The position numbers and the translations under genes are program-made. From Bacteroidales bacterium (GTDB taxonomy: Bacteria > Bacteroidota > Bacteroidia > Bacteroidales > UBA7960), in the NCBI GenBank assembly GCA_046261715.1, contig JBHEOF010000003.1:17298-80878 (forward strand): DNA of 63,581 nucleotides, in the 5' to 3' direction. The notes beneath the pieces are model-generated. The model searched no databases and was not told the origin of the DNA. It worked only from the letters and a program-made list of their open reading frames with translations. This document shows, one piece after another, positions 48,893-57,490 of the stretch. Numbering within the stretch: the stretch's first letter is position 1; each line of letters starts with the position of its first letter.

Positions 48893-50374
48893 ATGAAAAG
48901 AAGTAGCGGAATTTTATTGCACATCACTTCACTTCCCGGCAAGTATGGAATCGGAACCATGGGCCGGGAAGCTTATAATTTTGTGGATTTTCTCGTAAAA
49001 TCAGGTCAGAAGACCTGGCAGATCCTGCCTTTGGGTCATACGGGCTATGGCGATTCGCCTTATCAATGTTACTCAGCTTTTGCCGGGAACCCCCTTCTTA
49101 TCGACCTGGAAAAACTTACCAATGACGGATTACTTGAAAAAGATGATCTTCCCGAGAATCTTTATTTTGATGAAGAATATGTGGACTATGGTAAGGTACA
49201 TGAGATTAAATATCCTCTTCTTCACAAAGCATATGAAAATCACAAAAAACAGAAAAACAAACTCAGAACTATACGTTTTGAGAATTTTTGCATGAAAAAT
49301 GTCAGGTGGCTTGATGATTATGCTTTCTTTATGGCTATAAAAAAGCACTTTAAAGGACTTGCCTGGACTGAATGGGATGAGGATATTAAAATGAAGCGTG
49401 ATGATTCCATGAATTATTATCGCGAGCACCTGAAAGATGATATAAATTATTTCAGGTTCATTCAATACCTGTTTTATTCGCAGTGGCTGGAGCTAAAAGC
49501 TTATGCAAATCTTAATGAAATAAGTATTATTGGTGATATTCCGTTATATGTGGCTTTCGACAGTTCTGATGCCTGGGCCAATCCCGGGATTTTTGATTTT
49601 GATGAACACATGAACCCGGTTAACGTAGCCGGTGTACCACCGGATTATTTCAGCGAAACCGGTCAGTTGTGGGGCAATCCGCTTTACAACTGGGATAAAC
49701 TGAAAGAGGATGAATACCAATGGTGGATTGACCGGATTGATGCCAACTTTACACTTTACGACATACTTCGCATTGATCATTTCAGGGGTCTTGCAGCGTT
49801 CTGGGCTGTTCCTTACGGAGAAGAAACCGCAATCAACGGCCGTTGGATAGAGGCACCGGGCGGAGAAATGCTTCAAACAGTATTTGATGCTCTCGGGCCA
49901 TTGCCGATTATTGCAGAAGACCTGGGAGTTATTACACCCGATGTAGTGGAGCTGCGCAATCGTTTTGGTCTGCCCGGAATGAAAATTCTGCAATTTGCTT
50001 TTGATTCGGGTGAAGAAAATGATTTTATGCCGCACACATACGATAAGAATTACGTTGTATATACCGGTACACATGACAATGACACCACCCTTGGACAGTT
50101 TAAGCAGAGCAACAAATCTGATGTTGAACTTATGCACGACTATTTCGGTGTGGATAAAAAAGATCCCGCATGGTCATTTATCCGTTTGGCCTGGTCAACC
50201 GTAGGAGATGTGGCAATTGCTCCCCTTCAGGATTTACTAAGGCTTGATACTGCTGCAAGAATGAATTTCCCGGGAAAAGCATCAGGTTTCTGGAAATGGA
50301 GATTTACCAAAGACATGCTCACCGAAAAACATGAAGATGAGCTTATGAAGATAACAAAACTTTACGGCAGGTAA
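48893..50374 (+). CDS. malQ: 4-alpha-glucanotransferase (amylomaltase, GH77)
   Basis: The N-terminus is RSSGILLHITSLPGKYGIGTMG, followed by SPYQCYSAFAGNPLLID, LRIDHFRGL, IIAEDLG and YTGTHDN. Confidence 0.93.
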   Translation: MKRSSGILLHITSLPGKYGIGTMGREAYNFVDFLVKSGQKTWQILPLGHTGYGDSPYQCYSAFAGNPLLIDLEKLTNDGLLEKDDLPENLYFDEEYVDYGKVHEIKYPLLHKAYENHKKQKNKLRTIRFENFCMKNVRWLDDYAFFMAIKKHFKGLAWTEWDEDIKMKRDDSMNYYREHLKDDINYFRFIQYLFYSQWLELKAYANLNEISIIGDIPLYVAFDSSDAWANPGIFDFDEHMNPVNVAGVPPDYFSETGQLWGNPLYNWDKLKEDEYQWWIDRIDANFTLYDILRIDHFRGLAAFWAVPYGEETAINGRWIEAPGGEMLQTVFDALGPLPIIAEDLGVITPDVVELRNRFGLPGMKILQFAFDSGEENDFMPHTYDKNYVVYTGTHDNDTTLGQFKQSNKSDVELMHDYFGVDKKDPAWSFIRLAWSTVGDVAIAPLQDLLRLDTAARMNFPGKASGFWKWRFTKDMLTEKHEDELMKITKLYGR

Positions 50375-50477
50375 TAATTTGGTAGAGTATAAGTACTTTT
50401 ATTTTCATGAAAGTATTCATATCTTTAAGCCCTTTAGTATTTTTTTAATCAGGTTTAATAAGGAAAAAACGGATAAT

Positions 50478-51581
50478 ATGGGACAAACAGAAATTATTAA
50501 AAACGCAGTTGAGAAGCTAGGCAAGTTTGATGATAAGAAGCATCTTCTGGTGGGTTTTGATGGGTTTGTTGATGAAATCATCCATATGGTTGATCAACGA
50601 AAAAATGATAAGGAATACGATCGTATTTCGGATATAAAAGCTTTTGCTGAACGTATTGCCCAGGTAGCAGGATTAAGTGCAAACATTGAAAAAGTACCTA
50701 TTCAAACCAAACTTGGTGGCAACGGGCCTATCATGGGTAATGCCGTTATTGCCCAGGGGCATGAAGTTACGTATATAGGTGCATTGGGAAAGCATTTTAT
50801 CCAACCTGTATTTCGTGAATTTGCTGATTCCTGTAAGAATGTATACTCTCTTACCGAACCCGGTTATACTGATGCCCTTGAGTTTTTCGATGGAAAAATT
50901 ATGATGGGCAAAATGAATAACCTGGTTGAAGTAAACTTTGAGAACCTTCTTGAAAAGCTGCCACTACCTGAACTTAAGAAACTTCTTTCAGATGTAGATT
51001 TGATTGCTTTTACCAATTGGACCATGCTATCACGTCTTAATGAAATAATAACTGAGTTCAACAAGATCATATCAAAATTAAAAGATAAACCCTTGATATT
51101 TATTGATCTTGCCGATCCCAAAAAAAGAACCAAGGCAGATATAAAAGAAGTGCTTTCTATCATTTCAGGATTAAAGACTGAAACTATTCTTAGCATGAAC
51201 CTGAGTGAGTCTACCATTATTTCATTGAACCTTGGTATTAAAGAAGATGAAATACTTACCCGCGCTATTTTAATCAGGGAGCAGCTGGGTATAGCAGGTG
51301 TAGTGATTCATCCTACTAATGGAGCTGCTATTGCCACTGATACACAGTGTAAATGGGTTGATGGGCCTTATACTGCCCGGCCTGCACTTACCACCGGAGC
51401 CGGCGATAATTTTAATGCAGGGTTTTGCACAGGCTGGCTGGCAGGCATGGAGCCGGCTGAATGTCTGGCAATGGGTGTTTGCTCGTCAGGCTTCTATGTG
51501 CGAAACTCCCGATCAGCTTCCCGTGATGACTTGCATGACTTTATGAAGAAATGGGCTGATGTAAACTGCGGGACTATTTGA
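50478..51581 (+). CDS. Ribokinase-superfamily (PfkB / ADP-dependent-kinase-like) carbohydrate kinase
   Basis: 367 aa from the ATG at 50478. It carries KLGGNGPIMGNA and the C-terminal catalytic motif TTGAGDNFNAGF. The substrate is unknown. Confidence 0.6.
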   Translation: MGQTEIIKNAVEKLGKFDDKKHLLVGFDGFVDEIIHMVDQRKNDKEYDRISDIKAFAERIAQVAGLSANIEKVPIQTKLGGNGPIMGNAVIAQGHEVTYIGALGKHFIQPVFREFADSCKNVYSLTEPGYTDALEFFDGKIMMGKMNNLVEVNFENLLEKLPLPELKKLLSDVDLIAFTNWTMLSRLNEIITEFNKIISKLKDKPLIFIDLADPKKRTKADIKEVLSIISGLKTETILSMNLSESTIISLNLGIKEDEILTRAILIREQLGIAGVVIHPTNGAAIATDTQCKWVDGPYTARPALTTGAGDNFNAGFCTGWLAGMEPAECLAMGVCSSGFYVRNSRSASRDDLHDFMKKWADVNCGTI

Positions 51582-51617
51582 TATTTTATTCAGAAAAGAT
51601 ATAAAACCGGGAGTGTC

Positions 51618-52037
51618 TTATTCAATCCCGGTTTTTTTATTCACTTTTTCAATGTATTGTTTCCAGATCTTAATGTCAGCTTCCGACCATTTAAAATCAG
51701 GAAAATTTTTCTGGCTAACCCATGAAATTTTTTTATGCTCTTCAGGGGTTACTTTCCCTCCTGAGTAATTGCAAATAAAAGGGATTAATGTAATACTCTT
51801 ATCAGGGTAATGATGAACTACAGGCTCAAGCTTGTCGGTGATAAATATATTAATGGAAAGTTCTTCACGAATTTCCCTTATCAAACATTCTTCTGCTGTT
51901 TCTGTTTTTTCCTGTTTACCTCCGGGAAACTCCCAGTGATCTGCATTGCTTACACGTGAGTTTCTTTGTGCAATTAAAACTTTACCCTTGTGTTCAATAA
52001 TGGCGCAACAAACAGGGATGAGTTCGGGATCATTCAT
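51618..52037 (-). CDS. NUDIX hydrolase (MutT-like)
   Basis: The Nudix box is WEFPGGKQEKTETAEECLIREIREEL. The start is either ATG 52037 or ATG 52061; both overlap the pth 3' end. Confidence 0.85.
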   Translation of the reverse strand: MNDPELIPVCCAIIEHKGKVLIAQRNSRVSNADHWEFPGGKQEKTETAEECLIREIREELSINIFITDKLEPVVHHYPDKSITLIPFICNYSGGKVTPEEHKKISWVSQKNFPDFKWSEADIKIWKQYIEKVNKKTGIE

Positions 52038-52722
52038 TTTCCAAAGGTTTGTCAGATGCATTATCTTCGTTTTGCTTCTTTTTTTCTGCTTTGGTTTTGG
52101 TGTTGAAAAAATTCATGGTTCTTTCAATACCAATGGTTGCAAAACTGGTTATCAGATCTCCACATTTCTGAATCACCGGTTGTATGATCTCCAGTTCCCA
52201 GGGTTCCCATTTACCCAGCACATAATGTACCTGGGCTCCCTTCGGGAAGTCATCACCAATTCCGAAACGCAGTCTGGGAAACTGATTTGTACCTAAAACA
52301 GAAATGATACTTGCCAGTCCATTATGACCACCGTCACTGCCTTTTGCCTTTAATCGAATTGTTCCCAGTGGCAATGCAACATCATCAACAATAACCATTA
52401 GTTTTTCAATAGGGATCTTTTCTTTGGTGAGCCAGTAATGAATGGCTTTACCACTCAGGTTCATATACGTACTGGGTTTTATCAGAATAAAAGTACGTCC
52501 TTTAAATCTGAAAGTAGCTTTGTCGCCATAACGGGCGGGTTCAAAGCCCACATTATTTTCACGGGCAATATGATCTAATACCATAAAACCAATATTGTGC
52601 CGTGTGTTTTCATAATCGGGGCCAATGTTTCCCAGCCCCACAATCAGGTATTTCACTTCATCAGTTTGCTTGGGCTTTTGAGATTTGCTCTTTCCCAAAA
52701 GGCGGTTAAGGATTTTCAACAT
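52030..52722 (-). CDS. pth: Peptidyl-tRNA hydrolase with short N- and C-terminal extensions
   Basis: YLIVGLGNIGPDYENTRHNIGFMVLD and GSDGGHNGL. At 230 aa it is longer than the usual ~190 aa. Confidence 0.9.
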   Translation of the reverse strand: MLKILNRLLGKSKSQKPKQTDEVKYLIVGLGNIGPDYENTRHNIGFMVLDHIARENNVGFEPARYGDKATFRFKGRTFILIKPSTYMNLSGKAIHYWLTKEKIPIEKLMVIVDDVALPLGTIRLKAKGSDGGHNGLASIISVLGTNQFPRLRFGIGDDFPKGAQVHYVLGKWEPWELEIIQPVIQKCGDLITSFATIGIERTMNFFNTKTKAEKKKQNEDNASDKPLENE

Positions 52723-52734
52723 TTAAGCTTCAGT

Positions 52735-52774
52735 TAAAAAAAGCAAGGCATAAAGATAAAACCTTTATGCCTTG
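52735..52774 (-). terminator. Rho-independent terminator between rplY and pth
   Basis: On the minus strand, CAAGGCATAAAG-GTTTTAT-CTTTATGCCTTG forms a 12-bp perfect stem and is followed by CTTTTTTT. Confidence 0.8.
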
Positions 52775-52806
52775 TATTGCAAATGACCGTAAGGTCAAAA
52801 TAAAAC

Positions 52807-53484
52807 CTATTCTGATTTTTCTTCTTTGGTTTCACCGCCTTCAGCAGCTCCTTCTTCTCCTTCAGCACCTTCTTCTCCTTCGGCACCTTCTTCAGTACCT
52901 TCTCCTTCTTCCTCTTCAGCATCAACGGGTGCCATCATTACGGACCTTGCTGATTTCACAATTACCACAACTGCATTATGGGGATTAAGGAATTCAATAT
53001 CCTTATATTCAAGTTCACCAACCTGCACAGAGTCACCGATTTCCAGTTTTGAAATATCAATAGTTATTCTGTCGGGAAGCGCGTCCATAAGACCTTTTAT
53101 CCTGAGTTTACGAAGCTTGGTAATGAGTTTCCCACCTTTAATAACGCCGGGTGAATCACCCTTAAGTTCAATAGGAATATCAATTTTTACAGGCTTATCG
53201 TCAAAAACCTGAAGGAAATCGCAATGGATAACCCGGTCGGTTACAGGATGGAATTGTGCATCCTGAAGGATTACATCGTACTTTTTTCCATCAATATCCA
53301 GATTCACGATGCATGAATCGGGCGTGTAAATAATGTCTCTAAAGGCCAGTAAAGGAAGAGAAAAAGCAATTTGTTTTTCACCACCATATAGCACACAGGG
53401 AACAAGTCCCTCGCGGCGTAGCGCCTTAGCATCTTTTTTCCCTACGTTCTCTCTGAGAGAACCGCTCACAGATACTTTTTTCAT
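52807..53484 (-). CDS. rplY: 50S ribosomal protein L25 / general stress protein Ctc, with an acidic Glu/Gly/Ala-rich C-terminal tail
   Basis: RENVGKKDAKALRREGLVPCVLYGG... (L25/Ctc N-domain). The ~40-aa tail is EEEEGEGTEEGAEGEEGAEGEEGAAEGGETKEEKSE. Confidence 0.9.
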   Translation of the reverse strand: MKKVSVSGSLRENVGKKDAKALRREGLVPCVLYGGEKQIAFSLPLLAFRDIIYTPDSCIVNLDIDGKKYDVILQDAQFHPVTDRVIHCDFLQVFDDKPVKIDIPIELKGDSPGVIKGGKLITKLRKLRIKGLMDALPDRITIDISKLEIGDSVQVGELEYKDIEFLNPHNAVVVIVKSARSVMMAPVDAEEEEGEGTEEGAEGEEGAEGEEGAAEGGETKEEKSE

Positions 53485-53528
53485 TTGTTATTGATTTTTA
53501 GATGAATAATAATGGAATTGCTTTATGC

Positions 53529-53567
53529 AAAACCGGCTGCAAAGGTAATACTTTACAGCCGGTTTTT
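53529..53567 (-). terminator. Stem-loop terminator between prs and rplY
   Basis: AAAACCGGCTG-N16-CAGCCGGTTTT forms a 10-11 bp stem with T-runs on both strands. Confidence 0.55.
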
Positions 53568-53590
53568 AAGAAATATTTTTTTAAAAATAA

Positions 53591-54535
53591 TTACTGGATG
53601 GTTGTAAACTGAAAGTGTGAACTAATAGACTCATGGTTATTCACACGCTTGATTACATCGGCAAACAATTTTGCGGTTGACAGTACTTTAATTTTGGGAC
53701 TTTCTTTGCGCAAAGGAATTGTGTCTGTTACGATGAGTTCATCAAAGCAGCTCTTTTCTATTCTTTCATACGCTTTGCCCGAAAGAATAGGATGAGTGCA
53801 CATTGCCCTCACCGAAGTTGCCCCATGATCCATCATCATTTTAGCTGCTTTTGTAATGGTACCTGCAGTATCAATGATGTCATCAACAAGCACAACATCT
53901 TTTCCTTTCACATCACCTATTAAAACCATTCTTTCCACTTCATTGGCCTTTATTCTTTGCTTATAGCAAATAACCATTTCACAATTGAGAAATTTGGCAT
54001 AAGCGGCTGCTCTTCTGGTACCGCCGGTGTCGGGTGATGCCATTACAAGATTTGGCAGGTTCAGGCTTTTAACGTAGGGAACAAATACAGAAGATGCATA
54101 CATATGGTCTACCGGTACATCAAAAAATCCCTGGATCTGATCAGCATGAAGATCCATTGTAATTACCCTGTCAACGCCGGCGGCGGTCAGTAAATTGGCA
54201 ATAAGTTTTGCTCCTATGGGAACCCGTGGTTTATCTTTTCGGTCCTGACGAGCAAACCCAAAGTAAGGTATTACTGCTACCACCTGTTTTGATGATGCCC
54301 GTTTGGCAGCATCTATCATTAAAAGCAACTCCATAAGATTGTCGGAAGGAGCAAATGTACTTTGAATGATAAATACGTCACTTCCTCTGATGGTTTCCTC
54401 AAAAGATGGTTGGAACTCCCCGTCACTGAACTTGGCAACAATCTCATTTCCAAGTGATTTTCCGTATTCGTTGGCAATTTCCTGTGCAAGGTAGCGGGAT
54501 GCTGATCCGGAGAAGATATTTACAGTGCAGGACAT
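53591..54535 (-). CDS. prs: Ribose-phosphate pyrophosphokinase
   Basis: 314 aa from the ATG at 54535. It carries IFSGSASRYLAQEIA, FSDGE, the PRPP loop VLVDDIIDTAGT and YFGFARQDRK. Confidence 0.93.
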   Translation of the reverse strand: MSCTVNIFSGSASRYLAQEIANEYGKSLGNEIVAKFSDGEFQPSFEETIRGSDVFIIQSTFAPSDNLMELLLMIDAAKRASSKQVVAVIPYFGFARQDRKDKPRVPIGAKLIANLLTAAGVDRVITMDLHADQIQGFFDVPVDHMYASSVFVPYVKSLNLPNLVMASPDTGGTRRAAAYAKFLNCEMVICYKQRIKANEVERMVLIGDVKGKDVVLVDDIIDTAGTITKAAKMMMDHGATSVRAMCTHPILSGKAYERIEKSCFDELIVTDTIPLRKESPKIKVLSTAKLFADVIKRVNNHESISSHFQFTTIQ

Positions 54536-54685
54536 GAGGCAGTTGTTTAATGGGTTTGCAATCAATCAGGCACAAAATTAGAAAATTAAAACTATAATAA
54601 AACCCCAATAAGGGTAAAATACATTTTTTTTTGCCGTACCGAAATAATGTATAAATTTGCACTCACAAAAAAATGCTCATTACAT

Positions 54686-54769
54686 GCCCAGGTGGCGGAA
54701 TTGGTAGACGCGCTGGTCTCAAACACCAGTGATAGCAATATCGTGCCGGTTCGACCCCGGCCCTGGGTA
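54686..54769 (+). tRNA. tRNA-Leu (anticodon CAA)
   Basis: 84 nt that folds by hand into a cloverleaf. The acceptor stem is GCCCAGG/CCTGGGT. The anticodon stem is CTGGT/ACCAG with loop CTCAAAC (CAA at 54720-54722). It has a long variable arm, a T-arm GCCGG-TTCGACC-CCGGC and discriminator A. No CCA is encoded. Confidence 0.9.
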
Positions 54770-54777
54770 CATATAAA

Positions 54778-54905
54778 GAAAAGGCTGTCTCAAAAGTGTT
54801 TTCTGGTCGTTGAGCCTGTCGAAACGACTGCTAAATATCAGCAAGATAACCGACTCGACAAGCTCAGCGTCCAGGTTAAGTTCTGCTTATGAGACAGCTT
54901 TTTTT
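54778..54905. other. Structured ~125-nt element: 9-bp GC-containing closing stem with A/T extensions enclosing ~97 nt with internal hairpins
   Basis: GCTGTCTCA (54784-54792) pairs with TGAGACAGC (54890-54898). It is flanked by an A-run 5' and T7 3'. Internal pairings are GTCGTT/AACGAC (54806-54828) or alternatively GAGCCTGTCGA/TCGACAAGCTC (10 of 11 bp), plus TGCT/AGCA. It lies between tRNA-Leu and the 3' end of a convergent gene. Confidence 0.4.
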
Positions 54906-54957
54906 AGTATATTTTCATCAGAAAAGCATTATTCCCGGCAAATTTCCCATCCATTTA

Positions 54958-56079
54958 TCAAAGTTCTTTCCTGTAGCACCTTGCTCTTTTATGCTGCCGC
55001 ACTTCATAGCCGGCCCATAATTGCTGTACCTTATGGTTATTTTCCAATTCACGGGTGGTTTCTACCTGTTTTATTCCTTTACGAATAAAAGTTTGTCCGA
55101 TCTTACTGAAGATAAGCGCATGAATTCCTTTGTTCTGATAATCGGGTCTTACTCCAATTAACAGCATATCAACAGTATCATTGAAATGCAATGCATAAAG
55201 AATATGCAAAATTCCAAAAGGATACAGCTTCCCTTTGGCTTTTTTCATTGCTTTGGCCAGGGAAGGCATAACAATTCCGAATGCAACCACTTCATCTTTT
55301 TCATTAAGAATAACGGAAATATAATCGGGGTGCATCATGGAAAGAAAATCTTCTTTAAGGAGTTTCTTCTGAGCCTCACTAAGGGTAGAGAAATATTTAA
55401 TTTCTTTATATACTGTGTTCAGCAATTCAAAAACTTCACTTGCATATTTACTGATGTCCTTTTTATTTCTCAGTGAAGCATTTTTCACCGAGTAACGTTT
55501 TGCTATTAGTTTGGCCGCAGTGAGCAACTTTGGGGGTAGCTTTTCAGGTATTTTAATAATAAATTCTACCCAATCAATATCTTTTTTATAGCCTGCGTTT
55601 TGCAACATTTTATCGTAATACGGGAAATTATAACGGCCGAATGATGTTGGCCATTCATTAAAACCTTCGATCAATACTCCGGATGCATCAAAGGTGGTAA
55701 ATCCCAACGGACCATTAATATACTTCATTTCTTTTTCCCTGGCCCAGGATTCTGCCTGATTAAGCAAAGCCTGAAGTACATTCTTATCTTCAATAAAATC
55801 GAGCCAGCCAAATCGCATTTGAGCAGTTTTTTGCTCCTGGTTATACCGATGGTTGATAATACCGGCAATTCGGCCAACGATCTGTTCTCCTGAAAATGCG
55901 AGCCAGTAAAGTGCTTCGCAGTGCTCAAATGCGGGGTTTTTTTCCGGCGAAAGGGTTGCGTATTGGTTACTGTGAAGTGCCGGAACATAATAATGGCTTT
56001 CTTTGTAAAGCCGGTCAGGAAATAGAATAAAATCATCAAACTCCTTTTTATCTGTTACCTCTTTTATTGTAATTTCCAT
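54958..56079 (-). CDS. Uncharacterised GNAT-fold acyltransferase-like protein
   Basis: 373 aa. The C-terminal half carries a GNAT motif-A-like segment (LLIGVRPDYQNKGIHALIF). The N-terminal half resembles a second degenerate GNAT fold. Function is unknown. Confidence 0.45.
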   Translation of the reverse strand: MEITIKEVTDKKEFDDFILFPDRLYKESHYYVPALHSNQYATLSPEKNPAFEHCEALYWLAFSGEQIVGRIAGIINHRYNQEQKTAQMRFGWLDFIEDKNVLQALLNQAESWAREKEMKYINGPLGFTTFDASGVLIEGFNEWPTSFGRYNFPYYDKMLQNAGYKKDIDWVEFIIKIPEKLPPKLLTAAKLIAKRYSVKNASLRNKKDISKYASEVFELLNTVYKEIKYFSTLSEAQKKLLKEDFLSMMHPDYISVILNEKDEVVAFGIVMPSLAKAMKKAKGKLYPFGILHILYALHFNDTVDMLLIGVRPDYQNKGIHALIFSKIGQTFIRKGIKQVETTRELENNHKVQQLWAGYEVRQHKRARCYRKEL

Positions 56080-56308
56080 AATGAATTTTCAATAATAAGT
56101 TTCAAAAAGTTTTGAAAGCATACCAAATTACAATATTTTTTTTTAATCTATATATTAAGAAATTATATTTTGTACGGAATTAAAGGAAGATTACTTTTTA
56201 TATTGGTTCTGAAAAACCTTATTTTTGATAAACTAAGATAAAAATTGTTTTTGGTTACTGATAATTGTTTGAGGTTGAAAAATACATGAAAATCAAAATA
56301 TTTTTATT

Positions 56309-57394
56309 ATGAAAAGCAGATACTCATTGCATCTTGGCAGACCTTTCGGAATAAGAGTTTCAGTTCACTGGTCTTTTACTTTGCTTATTGCATGGATCGT
56401 TTTTATTAGCCTGAACCGGGGGCTTGAAACAATGCAAATTGTAATGCATATTATTTTTGTACTGACACTTTTTGTTTGTGTTGTTTTACATGAGTTTGGT
56501 CACTCCCTTGTTGCCATAAAGTTTGGGGGTAAGGTAGAAAGCATTACACTGCTACCCATTGGGGGCATGGCAAATATGTCGAAGATGCCTGAAAAGCCGC
56601 GTGAAGAATTTCTGGTGTCGGCTGCGGGTCCGGCAGTAAATATTGTAATTGCTATTTTGCTATGGCTTTACCTGCATTTTTTTCATCCGGTGGAAATGGA
56701 TGACATGAGTTTTGAAGCCATAACAGTTCAGAATTTTCCGCCGATGCTGCTGTCTGCTAACCTTTTTATAGTCATCTTCAACCTTATTCCTGCTTTTCCC
56801 ATGGATGGCGGCAGGCTTTTCCGCTCAGCACTATCCATGAAAATGAGCAGACTCAAAGCCACCCGGATCGCAAGAGACATCGGACAGGTATTTGCCGTGC
56901 TTTTTATCATTGCAGGATTATTCATAAACCCGTTTCTGATCATTATCGGTTTCTTTGTATTACTCGGAGCAAAAGGTGAACATGAAATGATCAAATACCA
57001 GGATATCCTGAAAAATTATACCGTTGAAGATGTATTAAAGAAGGATTATGCCGGACTGGATGCAGAAGATACCCTTGGCAAAGCAGCAGAAGATCTGGTG
57101 CATATCTCCGACCGGGGATTTGTAGTAACAACCGATGGCGATTATGCCGGAATTCTTACCCGCAATGATCTGGTAAAAGGATTAAGCACTAACGGCAGAG
57201 ACGGTCTTGTAAAAGAAGTTATGAGTACAGATCCGGAACATGTAGATGCTGAATTGCCCCTTTTTGAAGCCTATGTAAATCTGCGAAAAAGTCGTCTTGA
57301 GATTGTACCTGTTATGAAAAATGAAGAATTTGCAGGCATTCTGGACCTTGAAAATGTAAATGACTTTTTGTTGATTCAGAAAGCAGTACAATAA
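56309..57394 (+). CDS. Site-2 protease family (M50) zinc metalloprotease with a C-terminal CBS pair
   Basis: The HExxH motif lies in VVLHEFGHSLVA. The second metal-binding motif is NLIPAFPMDGGR. Two CBS units occupy the last ~130 aa. Confidence 0.88.
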   Translation: MKSRYSLHLGRPFGIRVSVHWSFTLLIAWIVFISLNRGLETMQIVMHIIFVLTLFVCVVLHEFGHSLVAIKFGGKVESITLLPIGGMANMSKMPEKPREEFLVSAAGPAVNIVIAILLWLYLHFFHPVEMDDMSFEAITVQNFPPMLLSANLFIVIFNLIPAFPMDGGRLFRSALSMKMSRLKATRIARDIGQVFAVLFIIAGLFINPFLIIIGFFVLLGAKGEHEMIKYQDILKNYTVEDVLKKDYAGLDAEDTLGKAAEDLVHISDRGFVVTTDGDYAGILTRNDLVKGLSTNGRDGLVKEVMSTDPEHVDAELPLFEAYVNLRKSRLEIVPVMKNEEFAGILDLENVNDFLLIQKAVQ

Positions 57395-57490
57395 TAAAAA
57401 GATTTTGTTTCAATTCACCCGCCTGATGTATATTTGCAGTACATACAGGTTGCAAAGAGAGTAATATATTTATAACAATAAAAAAACAGA

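Noticed and set aside
49544-50137. 197-aa ORF antisense to malQ, and similar long antisense ORFs (41079..41585, 14529..15077, 24699..25151, 2417..2893, 47185..47607)
   Set aside because: Each is embedded opposite a CDS with clear family motifs and has no recognisable domains. These are typical shadow ORFs.
52734-53212. Lys-rich 63-aa ORF (52734..52925, -) and Ser/Pro-rich 128-aa ORF (52826..53212, +)
   Set aside because: These are frame-shifted or antisense shadows of the repetitive GAA/GGA-rich tail of rplY. The low-complexity translation is an artefact of the repeat.
54686-56079. tRNA-Leu as an integration site for a genomic island
   Set aside because: There is no integrase, recombinase or phage gene downstream. 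I saw no second copy of the tRNA 3' end, although I could not search exhaustively. The flanking genes look like ordinary chromosomal genes.
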